64,000 nt of DNA from a candidate division WWE3 bacterium (lineage in GTDB: Bacteria > Patescibacteriota > WWE3 > UBA101185 > UBA10185), in contig QZJF01000005.1 in the NCBI GenBank assembly GCA_003599255.1, positions 32,985-96,984 of the forward strand, written 5' to 3'. Below the pieces are notes generated by a model. The model worked only from the letters and a program-made list of their open reading frames with translations. It was not told the DNA's origin and did no database searches. The translations under genes and the position numbers were made by a program. Below, piece after piece: positions 22,901 to 30,307 of this stretch (position 1 is its first letter; each line of letters starts with the position of its first letter).

Positions 22901-22929
22901 TTATGTATTTTTTTGAGCAGTTTCTTCAT
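13966..22929 (-). CDS. Giant surface protein 2 (2987 aa): paralog of gene 1 with LamG repeats plus a six-blade β-propeller repeat block
   Basis: It has the same N-terminal architecture: K-rich tail, LLLPFFLGLIIILIPVFIFLI, VQADWW...WLKRQQLNITNNS...DCDDLRVVF. LamG motifs include MDEIRVSNIVRYTSSF, IDEVRIYNRPVSHDEV, IDDVRIYNYARTRAQI and VDDIRVFNYALTVEQI. Six tandem repeats of about 50 aa follow the consensus GGDADADxIAKWxGSSWSWPTGxxL...LxxWxGELYAGGxF. The C-terminus is ...NYGAVRFD. Confidence 0.85.
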   Translation of the reverse strand: MKKLLKKIHKFLIKLLNPLKIAAQKIFSKLRVLNRTKKLLLPFFLGLIIILIPVFIFLIRNARNVQADWWQNQESGTGWLKRQQLNITNNSGDSLATETTIAVTINTKELVNQGKLQTDCDDLRVVFQSGSTATELDRYISYPGGGTCGTSEASKVYFKLQSALSDGSTATTYYMYYDNQNAATPSGADDAFDISSKDALLVCSFDGTTTCAAGETPSTETGAIRYTGEKSALSFDGSDDYIDGGSGSTIDDLGPFTFEGWFYIHGLGSSSSPRLFLKGDNFATPNNNNIQLYISSVKQLIFNVGYSTTDLNVTSASNAISYETWQHITVTWDGTTESDNVHVYVGGTEVSYTSKQDAVGSRNSDAAYNLYIGNSHNQVRDYHGYMDEIRVSNIVRYTSSFTPPTSPFVRDEYTKLLLHLDENGDDPRNTGKVIDDSGNANHGTITGAKYVAGLIGVDNNSTTTGKAGGGNSYAGHEGIFLEEGTTNKVTNPSFEYSTFNNNWDAQGNLEVQNLTSAGTQSNGSSFQRKTWFDGTRYWTGYYDYGNGDVLFFYSSDGINWTQNTGAALTSNVQDYSVYGDSSNLFIVYKTGGNIMARSATSYPGSNFTWGTEYTVFDTANTWYGPYITRDSNNYLWATANEYTGGNMDIYAVRSTNTNDPSTWNSSVNIGTGTSTVTSVNMIVPLNSGDVYAVYYEGTVAYGCFYDSQTDGRWEDSGGNDCTNGVNQDLILAAGTGYPASAVSDTTNYDVHLLVGHSSGPQYFRWDNGTGTNGTWQTAVDLGDQAVDPSISIDTSTGDLYGHWYDWNTNTVMYSTCDVSAAASECSTLSDWAATTNIQTGLTSQSNAELSSNYGDSGRIYLTWVDGTTHNWIIKWAQVLGPDITATENSSAPYYKFGAKSATLAASGGNGYFNIPIDPNAASSHTISAYVYEGTSGNVGGTVNNTVAQLVWEGVNQSSTTYTDMGGGWWRLTYSGTTTDTSNTYGLYVLSGKTVYVDGFQLEAKSYTTTYADGSLESDSGGSDTYFWDDDCDGTLDAGEDETGDQNTQCSTRTGTNIQYNSSGNISTNGTISFWYKREYQDLQQNARLFKWDGFGAQDYIYMYLQNATDPDLRVEFYTDGGTSRSCGNHPSPSIDEDEWHMITLTYTTNSAGADGCQLYVDAAAGTAGSSGQSWTFAPDASTFEIGNGGGTQAGGSISDFRITDSALTATEVADLYYAGLVSHSGTYETDAFDTDKGQNPVGIYHFDESYGSTAHDSSTYANDLTISGATWSTQSANAYSRLTRNLSFDGTDDYASASAQISKEMNFGTGSFSISGWFRHSSTISGTDTIVSKYNEAGYKVYMNAGGLICFGIDQDSTFDGDIACSTESFADSKWHHFEAVKDATTSIKIYIDGYLKTTDSTIGNTGTLSNTSALYVGSDSNGSDFWTGQLDEIVFYPYARDESQVKEDYLGSQIAQLYGAQAFDTLTHGLTGYWKMDSSSWNGTSGEVTDSSINSNDGTSSMDSGGTAVTTTTTGKFGQAGDIDGADDYLAIPHDGSLSPTNQFTISAWINPDSTFSGSSNFPQTILDKGDYRLYLDHSDGKIKFVVNDDSAKSLTLVEGATSTDFDYDNVYVTQEFGGNLYIGGSFDDYGGNTDADNIAKWDGSSWSWPAGQSLSSYVRSLILWNGELYAAGSFIDAGGDTDGDRIAKWNGTSWEWPTGMGLNASVNALIVWNNELYAGGDFTNAGGDADADYIAKWDGSSWSWPTGQTLGNNQTVNDLATWKGELYVGGKFVNAGGDADADRIAKWNGTSWEWPTGMGLSNDVTTMIAWDGNLYAGGTFTSAGGDADANYIAMWNGSSWSWPTGAQAALTGSGPDVVEMSVHQGKLWLTGRFSDAGGDTTADGTAMWDGTSFTNPIGCTFSSDNGSNSISSWKGDLLITTNVANICGVASNDHFLRYGTDVTKIISSTTDSFTSGTWYHTLITYDGYKLSLYINGILESSVDTSLTLNNSSLDLIFGKSYGSSNSNLGQDERFDGKIDEVRIYNRPVSHDEVENLYAWTPGPAGYWNFNENTGTTVYDTSGNGNNGTLSNSGWGLGKYGSAMLASQDGAQDVTTISDPASGLLDLTDTSDFTYTLWTRITQSEAGTKLINKGFSDALNAPGYTVYYTEGGGAGAVNCYIGDGTNFDTANNIGAGINDGQWHHIACVLDRDGDKTGLAGLYLYVDGILYGSDTSISTTDASNSDNITIGEEDTSSEMQNGGIDDVRIYNYARTRAQIIEDMNAGHPAPGSPVGSALGHWKLDEGYGSTAHNSGNGGADLDGTITSATWSNSGKFGKALSFNGSDSIVDFGVGAVTTELDGASAITLETWMKPQTYPGGTSRGRMISLHVADGNSGALLSVYGDNSVEVAGRSVAAETLETATAALSDPTEWHHIVGILDFQNDQIKIYVDGILSTTQSVTFTNTLYTAGTLTTAYDTLGAYKTTVTGDFYDGFLDSTKIYKFALTDDQVKTSHNAGMVSVFGSTGTNSSNNPTWSSANEYCPPGQGSACTSPIAEWKFDEKTGQVPYDTSGSGNNGTLGTTSGSDSSDPSWSHAGSCKSGSCLLLDGSSDYINVGTSSNFYVSTDTAATLNFWLKDNSIGTGISRLFVLTGTSNSDVRFGFGTRNSGRYLSVDYRDSGGAAQTLTDTTTSLSDGKMHMATLVFSGTTVSLYIDGKLLASDTDFSATNSLNGGSAESRIGQQNSTFYWNGIIDNVTLYDYARSPAQVAWEYNKGSPIGWWKFDECSGTTAYDSSGNGNNGTITPGASGNTSAGTCGSGTSTEMWNDGTSGKINSSLGFDGDDDYVTMGDPSSGIFDFGADQTFSISFWMKADDTDTTQFLISKRGAAAAGYEFRRTPTSGWFLRMDEPVAGIVDTQVRANLADGNWHHIVFGRDTSRHFIYVDGSLDNSYSDTSLEDLSNSEVFAVSNPAAANGTNGQVDDIRVFNYALTVEQIRDIINYGAVRFD
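17150..18070 (-). repeat. Six tandem coding repeats of about 150 nt (β-propeller blades) inside giant gene 2
   Basis: On the plus strand, the sequence ccattttgcaat / ccactttgcaat followed by gcatc(a/t)gc recurs about every 150 nt. The protein repeats read ...IAKW(D/N)G(S/T)SW(S/E)WPTG.... Confidence 0.7.
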
Positions 22930-23092
22930 TGTTAGATCCCTATTTTTCGTCAGTAAATTGTCCCATTTTTAACAAATATGAACAAGCAATTTTGCTTGAT
23001 TTCACGCCAAATAACTGAACATATAATGTGTTCGATTGCATTAAAACGTATGTTTTCAACACTTCCGCTACTTGAACACAAAAGATGTACAT

Positions 23093-26000
23093 TTAATCAT
23101 ATCCAAAGTTAACAGCCCCAGAACTATATTCGCTCCTTACCTGGTTTTCAGTCATGGCATAATTAAAGATTCTTATGTTATCTATTAGTCCACCGAAGAA
23201 GTTTCTGTAACCGTTATTGTTTATGTTTCTGGTTGCACCTATTATCAAATTATTATTTGATGCTACAACATCGACTGTACCGGTTGCTTTTAAATTTCCG
23301 TTTACATAGATATAGCTTGTAGATCCGTTGGTTATTCCTACAATATGCGTCCATGTATCATTTAAAATAGATTCGGTAGTGTCCAAACAACTGCCCCCAA
23401 ATCCGCCCAAACTGACATTTCCGCCATCGTTAATAAACAATCCCCAGCCTTCAGTTCCATTGCACGGATCGTCTGCAAGTCCGCGGGCCACTATAGCCTT
23501 ATTTCCTGTTAAATCAGTGGTTTTTACCCACGCAGATATTGTCACAGGATTTAAATCCAAATCAAGTTTGCTCGAGGCACCAGCTGTGACGGATACATAA
23601 TCATCTGTTTCGTCAAACCCAAGGGAGGCACTATGCTTACCGGTTGTACCATCGTTCCACATTTCCGTAGAAGTGCCGGAGCCACATGTACCCGCAGATG
23701 TATTTCCAGAGGCCCCGGGGGTAATGGTTCCGTTTAGTCCGTTTCCGCTGGAGTCATTGGCGGTTGTTCCGCTGCACTCGTCGAATTTCCACCAAGCTAC
23801 CGGCTCGCCGCGGCTGTATTCCCAGGCAATTTGCTCAGCGGATCGGGCGTAATTGTATAGGCGGACTTCATCAATCTTTCCTGCCCACCATTCCGAAAAA
23901 CTATCAGTTCCGCTGTCATAAACACCCACATCCAGATCCTGTGTATTTTCAGACACTCCACCGTATGTGTAATTAAGGGAAGAATTATCGACCGTACCGT
24001 TAATATATAGGTACATGTTGTCGTTAGAAGTACCGGTGGTTTCATCCATAGTAAACACAACGTGATACCACTGATTCAAATTAAGTGACGTATTAGAGGT
24101 CAGGCATGCCATGCCTATGCAGGCACTCAAGTTTTCCGAACTATCTACAGCAATATAATAGTTAGGCCCCCCGCCTTTACTCAGTACTGTTTTATATCCG
24201 GATGTGATATCAGTATCAAGATAAATCCATGTGGCTATGGTAATATCACCTGTAATATCCAGATCGCTGTCGTCAGCAAATGCAACACGGCTACTTGTAC
24301 CATTAAAGTTAAGGGCAGTCCCAGTTTTTCCGGGAGTCCAACTTGCTCCAGTAACAGTGCCGTTTGCAGTTGTATCTGCTACATTTACAACATATACGTC
24401 TGAATTCTCATCAAAGTTTGCATGAAATACAGGTGGTGTACAAGTCGAACCTTGTCCGGACGGGCAGTATGTATTGGCAGATGCCCAGGTGGGGTTGCCA
24501 GAAGAATCGGTCCCGGTTGCTCCGAAGACCTGAGCTTTGCCTTGCGCATACTCGACTTTTGCTTGTTCGGCTGTTAACACAAAATTGTATATTTTGACTT
24601 CGTCAATATGCCCATCAAATGTTTGTGTGCCTCCAACTTGGTTGTTGCCGATAGTGATGGTGCTGGTGCTGTCATCCAGCGGGGATCCGGCACCTTCCGT
24701 AGCTGTATCATGGCCGACTTCTAAGCCGTTAACATAAAAATGCACTCCCGACGAGGCTGTACCTCCGTCCCAGGTTACCATGACGTGCTGCCATTCATTA
24801 AAAGTTATTGAATTAACGGCTGAAGCCACTGTTAGATCTGTAGTGCCAAGCATTTTTCTAAAAGACATATTGCTGGCACCAGCGCTGTTGTTTATTGCCC
24901 ATCTGAATCCGTCAGTACCGGGTGTTGTTTTTGCCATGATAAAAGCAAAGTCGAATTCTCCAGCACTTTGGGGATTGATCCAAGCCGATAAAGTAAATTC
25001 TGTCATGTTATCTACACTTGACGAAGCCCCCATACGAACCACGTCATCGTTTGTGCCTGATGTTCCTCCTGCAGGCCCTTCAAATTCCAATGCTCTGTCA
25101 AATTTTCCATCATTTCTCCACTGAGGGCAGTCTGTGGTTCCGGATTGAGGACAAGTTAAGCTGCTATCTCCCAGATCCCCATCAAGTGCGCTACCGGCAG
25201 ACCCTGAATTTCTTGCTGTATCTCCATAGCCTTCGTCAAATTTCCACCACGCTACAGCGGAACCGATGGGGGAGCCCGGTGCGGGGTGGGAGGCGTTCAT
25301 ATCCTGTACAATCTGTGCCGGTGTCCTGGTGTAGTTGTAGATCTTTACGTCGTCCATAATTCCGTCCACGGCGTTGCTTGTACTTTGCTGGGCATTACCG
25401 ATAGCAAAGCTGTCGCTGTTAGTCCAGGTCTGTGCGGATGTATCGGTTGATTTTAAATTTCCGTTCACATACAAGGAGTAGGTGGTGCCGGATTTTGTAA
25501 CTGCCACATGCTGCCAGGTTTTTGTAGTCAGTGTTACGTTGTCGACCTCAAACAAACTATCGGCATTACTCTCACCAATGTTCATCAATATTTCACTTGA
25601 TGCGTAGCCCATGCACCAGTCCATGGTGGAATAAGAAAATCTCTTGCACAAGAATCCATCTACTCCCAGAGTATTTGGATATACCCAAAACATGAATGAA
25701 AAGTTATCAGTGTCATCAGTCATAAAATTTGTGGAATCCTCAATGGTTATGTAGTCATCTGTATTGTCAAACTCACAGCCGGTACCGAACTTTCCCGGTG
25801 TATTGCACTTCATGCCCGAATCGTTGGCACCGTCATATGTTGTGGCCGGATTTCCGTTTCCACTGGAGTCTTTTAGAGTTACACCGTTTCCTGCTGAGTT
25901 TTCATCCATTTTCCAGTATCCTGCGGGCCCCGGTGCCCAGTTGTGTAGATCCCTCACTTCGGAAGAAGAGAGCGCACGATTGTAAATACGGACTTCATCA

Positions 26001-29000
26001 ACTTGACCATTAAATGATCTTCCTGATATACCAGGATCATCTCCGATACTAATATCATCATCATTGGATGCAACTGACGTAGTGTTGTCATCCCCGGTGC
26101 TTATTAACTCACCGTCTATGTACAAGTAAACTTTATCGGTGTTTGTGTTCCGAACACCTACAGCATGGTGCCAGTTACCGTCGTTATATGCACCTGAACT
26201 TTCCGCATATCCCGCATTGCCTCCATAGATTCTAAATGCAACACGTTCTGTACTGTTAGTTATCATAAGCCAGAATGGGTAGGCAGGACCATTTGCGTTT
26301 TTATTTACAATAGTTCCGTTATCCGTATATTCCGCGCTGGTATTAAACCAAGCTGAAACTGTATATGAATCGTCTGTAGCACCTAAGTCGGTGGATGCTG
26401 TTTCGGCAACTCTGACCCCGTCATCTGTGCCGTCAAAACTCAAGGAGCTTCCGTACTTGCCGGTTGCCCAGCCGGTGTCACCGCTCCAAGTTGTTGAATT
26501 ATTGCTATTTCCGCTGGAATCACTAACGGATGTTCCGGTATTTTCATCCATGTCCCAGTGTGCAACTAAACCCTGTTCAAGCTGATTATATATATTCATG
26601 CCAAATGCCTGTGAAATTGGTGTTGAAGTTATATCGCCTTTGACCTGGTTCTCGGTTTTTGCATAAGGATAAATTGAGACCTCATCTATGTCAGCATCCC
26701 ATGGGTTGGAGGTTCCGTCTGAATCTATTCCTATGTATAATTTTGCGTTAGCACTCAAAGAACCCAATGTTACAGATCCTGTTTGTGCGATTTGTGATCC
26801 GTCAATAAATAATGTGATCGTTGACGTATCTTTGACAGCATCGAAATGATGCCAGGTTGAGTCAGCGTAGGAAGTAGGGGAGCATACAGAGTAATCCGGT
26901 CCCCATGAAGAATCGTCATCGACTCCAAAACATATATTTCCGGTGCTGTTCATATACACTTTCCACCCGGCCGTTCCGTACCGGGCTATCAGAGTATCGG
27001 TGCCGGTTATTGACGATGGATGTTGAAACCAGCCCTGAACCGTAAAACCTTCTGTCCCAAAGTCAAAATCACGATCCCAATCCTGATAAACATAATCGTC
27101 GGTTGCGTCAAAGTGCAAATGATTTACCGTAAGCGCGTTGGGATTTGGAGAAACTGCATGCCACTCGGCTCCTGAAACTGTCAGATGATTACCGTATTGT
27201 GATGAGTCATGTGCTGTGGTGCCGCAGCATTCATCAAAGTGCCAATAGCCCACCGGGTCTTGGCCTTTATCACCGCTGAACCGGTCGACTTCAATATTGT
27301 CAGAGCGGGAAACTAGCCCGGAATAGTATATATCAGCTGCCTGGGTTGAAGTAAGAGCAGTGTCAAAGATACGCAGGTCGCTGTATGACCAGAATTCATC
27401 CGTACTGTATTGATCCCCAAGCTCAATATTACCTATGCTGGGCGGCTCAGTTATATCCGAGTTTGTAGTACCTATAGCGCCATTGCCATATAGAGAAATT
27501 CCGTTTGTTGTATCCCAGGTAGCAACAAGGTGTACCCAAGTGTCTGCAGACAGAGAAGAAGGATTATATATTGCAGTGTAGTTTGTAGTGCAATCGATCC
27601 ATTTCTGAATCTCAAATCTGTCCCCATATCCCGGGCTTGAATACCTTAGCATGAACCCTTCGCAGTTGTTTCGCATAGAAATAATATTGTAATTGTGGTT
27701 CGATTCCATAGTGGAATCTCCTAGCATAGGTTTCACCCAAATGCTAAGTGAGCCAGAAGTTGTTGATACATTGCCTGTCTTTGTGTATGTTAGATCGGTG
27801 TCCGCTCGGGTGCTGGTGCTGTCATGTTCCGTTCCGGTCCACGCATAACCTGTTCCAATTGAGCCGTCGGTGTATGTTGTGGCGTGTTCTTTTTCTTCAA
27901 GTTGAAAGCCGTCTACATATATAACTTTTCCGGGTTCCACAGAAATTCCAAACTCTTGAACACCGGAAGCAGCCGCTCCTGTATAGCTCAACCTCCACCA
28001 ACCGCCTCCCATGTCCTTGTAAGTTGTGGTCTGTTCTGTGCCGTTAAATATTAGAGAGGCCACTGACGAACTTACGTCATATCCATAAAACAAAAAAGTA
28101 GTGCCTGAAATAACATTCGATTGACTATACACGTATGCGGATAGAGTATGGGTGTTGGTATTTCCTGCATCCACTGAGAAAGTTAAAGTCATGGGATTTG
28201 AGTCAATGATGGAGAAAATATAATCGTAGCTTGCAGTAGGTGTCCACACATTGGATTCGTTCATTCGCGTATAGGTGCCGTTTGGATATGTCGCTGAAGT
28301 ATAGTCATACAACCATTTCACAGTGCTATCAGAGTCCAAGACAGCTTGTTCAATTGTTCCATCTACGTCGGTGTACGCTATCAGAACAATGTAGTACTGA
28401 GTCCCGCTTGTTAAAGATGGCGATGAAGCAAAGCTAAATGTTACATCGGTGTAAGAGGTGAATGAGGATACCAACACTGCCTCGCTCTGACCGTTAGTAA
28501 TAGGTGTTCCGGACGGCGATCCGCCGGAGTCAGACTGTATCTCAACACGCATAGAAACGGTTGTATAGCTTGAACCAGACTTAAACATGGGCAAAATTAT
28601 TGATGAAGCCGAAGTACTCGAAGAAACCTGAAAACCCTGGGCAAGTCTTTTGGAGCTTGTATCCAGGTACAACCCTGAATATACCTGCTGTGCATTATCA
28701 AACCCATAACCCTCAACATATCCACTGAGCTTGGCGCTCTTATTGCCAAATCTTGAAAAGTTTGAAGTTGAATTCTCATTTTCAGTTAGACCTGATCCTG
28801 CCGTCCAGTCATTGACATAACTCGAGTGCTCAAATGAGGGATTAGTTATCTTGTTGGTTGTAACCTCTTCAATAAATATTCCCTCGTGACCTGAATATGT
28901 GTTTCCTCCGGCTGATTTGCCGGTATTTGTCGCCGATGCATCTACTCCCACAAGCCCTGAAATGTATCCCGGATCTGTGTTTTCTACTGCTGTAGTACTA

Positions 29001-30307
29001 CCCAGAGTTCCGTGATTGCCATTGCCTGAATCGTCGAAAACTTTTCCGGTCTGTCTGGGATCATTTCGATTTTCATCAAAGTGTAGCAACAGCTTAGTAT
29101 AATCGTCCCTTAAATAGGGGATGGTCTGAGGAGTAAAATTTGAATCATAGCGGGCGATGTTCGATATTCTGAATTCATCCATTAGTCCGCGGTAAAACCC
29201 GGTTTGACAAGCAACTGAGCCGATCCTGAAGGTGTCCGCGTCACCATTATACGCACCGACTCCAGCCGTTTGAGTAGAATATGATGCTTCGGTTCCGTTG
29301 ATAAACACTCTTCCAGTTTTATTTGAAGAAGTATAGACAATTGCCACATGGGTCCATTGATTGCCGCTCACAGTGGTGCTTGTCGTTGTAACTGTATCCG
29401 TTGTGGCGTTTTCAACGCGTAACGTGATTGCCCCACCGGATATGTCGGCACGAAATCCATCAATAGTACAGCCGTATGTACCAAAAATAAACTGTGCCGG
29501 CCCGTAGGAAATATTATTGTAATTAAGCCACATCTCTACCGTGAAGTCTCCTTCAGGCAGATTGTCCAATGTAGTGTAAGAAGTTCCAAAAAGGACAAAG
29601 TCATTTGCCCCGTCAAAGTTGAGAGCCGACTTGGATCCTGTATATCTCCCAGCCCCCGTATCCGTGGTAGGTTCTTCCAGTCCATCCCCGTTAATACAGT
29701 CCGTCGTTCCATCAAACGGGCAAATGAGAAGAGCGTTAGTCGATCCGACATCGAATGTATCCACGTTGTTTGCCGTTATTGCATCTTTATTTCCATAATA
29801 CAAATAGTAATCGTCAGCTGACGCGCCGTTTGTCAGAGCTGCCTGAAGTTTGAAATATACTTTGGCAATTCCGGATGTGTGGCACGTACCCCCACCCGAT
29901 GGCGATGTGTAACTATCCAGTTCCGTATGTGATGTGTCGTCTGTGGTATAAACAATTCTTATGTCCTCACAGTTTTCTTTAAGAACGCCTCTGTTAGCCA
30001 TACTCAACGTATCGACGGTAACTGCGACGGTTGTACCCGAGGCCAATTCATCTCCGGAATTGTTAGTTATATTAAGTTTTTGTCTCTTTTCCCAGGCTGT
30101 GTGAGCGGGGGACCATTGTGCTTCTACGGGTTTAGAGTGTCGTGCAAGATAGATAAAGATTGGGACGGTGATGATAAGTAATCCCAGCGCAAAAGGAGCC
30201 AGTACTTTTTGATACTTTTTAAAATATTTTTTTAAAATCTTTAGGCGGTGCACTTGGCTCAGGCCCTTTTTTATTATTTTATTCAACATTGAGAATCCAC
30301 CAGTCAA
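23093..30307 (-). CDS. Giant surface protein 3 (2404 aa): paralog of genes 1 and 2, LamG/ConA-like multidomain
   Basis: The track start at 30307 is a TTG codon; the first ATG is at 30289 (MLNKIIKK...). It carries the same module: VLAPFALGLLIITVPIFIYLARHSKPVEAQWSP...WEKRQKLNITNNS...NCEDIRIVY. LamG motifs include MDEFRISNIARYDSNF, VDEVRIYNRALSSSEV, IDEVKIYNFVLTAEQA and IDEVRLYNYARSAEQI. The C-terminus is ...SGAVNFGYD. Its start overlaps the stop of gene 4 by 11–29 nt. Confidence 0.85.
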   Translation of the reverse strand: MTGGFSMLNKIIKKGLSQVHRLKILKKYFKKYQKVLAPFALGLLIITVPIFIYLARHSKPVEAQWSPAHTAWEKRQKLNITNNSGDELASGTTVAVTVDTLSMANRGVLKENCEDIRIVYTTDDTSHTELDSYTSPSGGGTCHTSGIAKVYFKLQAALTNGASADDYYLYYGNKDAITANNVDTFDVGSTNALLICPFDGTTDCINGDGLEEPTTDTGAGRYTGSKSALNFDGANDFVLFGTSYTTLDNLPEGDFTVEMWLNYNNISYGPAQFIFGTYGCTIDGFRADISGGAITLRVENATTDTVTTTSTTVSGNQWTHVAIVYTSSNKTGRVFINGTEASYSTQTAGVGAYNGDADTFRIGSVACQTGFYRGLMDEFRISNIARYDSNFTPQTIPYLRDDYTKLLLHFDENRNDPRQTGKVFDDSGNGNHGTLGSTTAVENTDPGYISGLVGVDASATNTGKSAGGNTYSGHEGIFIEEVTTNKITNPSFEHSSYVNDWTAGSGLTENENSTSNFSRFGNKSAKLSGYVEGYGFDNAQQVYSGLYLDTSSKRLAQGFQVSSSTSASSIILPMFKSGSSYTTVSMRVEIQSDSGGSPSGTPITNGQSEAVLVSSFTSYTDVTFSFASSPSLTSGTQYYIVLIAYTDVDGTIEQAVLDSDSTVKWLYDYTSATYPNGTYTRMNESNVWTPTASYDYIFSIIDSNPMTLTFSVDAGNTNTHTLSAYVYSQSNVISGTTFLFYGYDVSSSVASLIFNGTEQTTTYKDMGGGWWRLSYTGAAASGVQEFGISVEPGKVIYVDGFQLEEKEHATTYTDGSIGTGYAWTGTEHDSTSTRADTDLTYTKTGNVSTTSGSLSIWVKPMLGDSTMESNHNYNIISMRNNCEGFMLRYSSPGYGDRFEIQKWIDCTTNYTAIYNPSSLSADTWVHLVATWDTTNGISLYGNGAIGTTNSDITEPPSIGNIELGDQYSTDEFWSYSDLRIFDTALTSTQAADIYYSGLVSRSDNIEVDRFSGDKGQDPVGYWHFDECCGTTAHDSSQYGNHLTVSGAEWHAVSPNPNALTVNHLHFDATDDYVYQDWDRDFDFGTEGFTVQGWFQHPSSITGTDTLIARYGTAGWKVYMNSTGNICFGVDDDSSWGPDYSVCSPTSYADSTWHHFDAVKDTSTITLFIDGSQIAQTGSVTLGSLSANAKLYIGIDSDGTSNPWDADIDEVSIYPYAKTENQVKGDITSTPISQAFGMNIYNQLEQGLVAHWDMDENTGTSVSDSSGNSNNSTTWSGDTGWATGKYGSSLSFDGTDDGVRVAETASTDLGATDDSYTVSAWFNTSAEYTDNGTIVNKNANGPAYPFWLMITNSTERVAFRIYGGNAGYAESSGAYNDGNWHHAVGVRNTNTDKVYLYIDGELISTGDDNTTSVASNDDDISIGDDPGISGRSFNGQVDEVRIYNRALSSSEVRDLHNWAPGPAGYWKMDENSAGNGVTLKDSSGNGNPATTYDGANDSGMKCNTPGKFGTGCEFDNTDDYITIEDSTNFMTDDTDNFSFMFWVYPNTLGVDGFLCKRFSYSTMDWCMGYASSEILMNIGESNADSLFEVDNVTLTTKTWQHVAVTKSGTTYSLYVNGNLKSTDTSAQTWTNSDSFAIGNAQQSTSNAVDGIMDDVKIYNYTRTPAQIVQDMNASHPAPGSPIGSAVAWWKFDEGYGDTARNSGSAGSALDGDLGDSSLTCPQSGTTDCPQWRNDGKFDRALEFEGPAGGTSGTNDDVVRMGASSSVDNMTEFTLSAWINPQSAGEFDFAFIMAKTTPGTDGFRWAINNSAGASNMSFRKMLGTTDLTVASAVNSITFNEWQHVMVTWDGGTASSGVHFYVNGLEVGHDTATEGAGSPLDDSTSTITIGNNQVGGTQTFDGHIDEVKIYNFVLTAEQAKVEYAQGKAQVFGATGTDSSGNPTWASANTYCPSGQGSTCTPPVFHANFDENSDVYVVNVADTTANGTVTGASWTPGKTGTALNFNGTSSRVAFADDSDLDITGDITIATWIYLDTDITSGYKTVLSKGGGPNYYIAVDSSENLSACIGMACLTSNTSLNLNQWYHVVFTMDETTGTSNDNMYLYINGTVDNSSLNYTYGGVSENTQDLDVGVYDSGTDSFSEWWAGKIDEVRLYNYARSAEQIAWEYSRGEPVAWWKFDECSGTTANDSSGNGLNGTITPGASGNTSAGTCGSGTSTEMWNDGTTGKHSASLGFDETDDYVSVTAGASSKLDLDLNPVTISAWVKTTDLTGNKAIVARGLADDPCNGTEGWGLFINDGGNVSLGGFGGSCLDTTESILNDTWTHIVGITNGSTSYIYVNGNLKATGTVDVVASNNNLIIGATRNINNNGYRNFFGGLIDNIRIFNYAMTENQVRSEYSSGAVNFGYD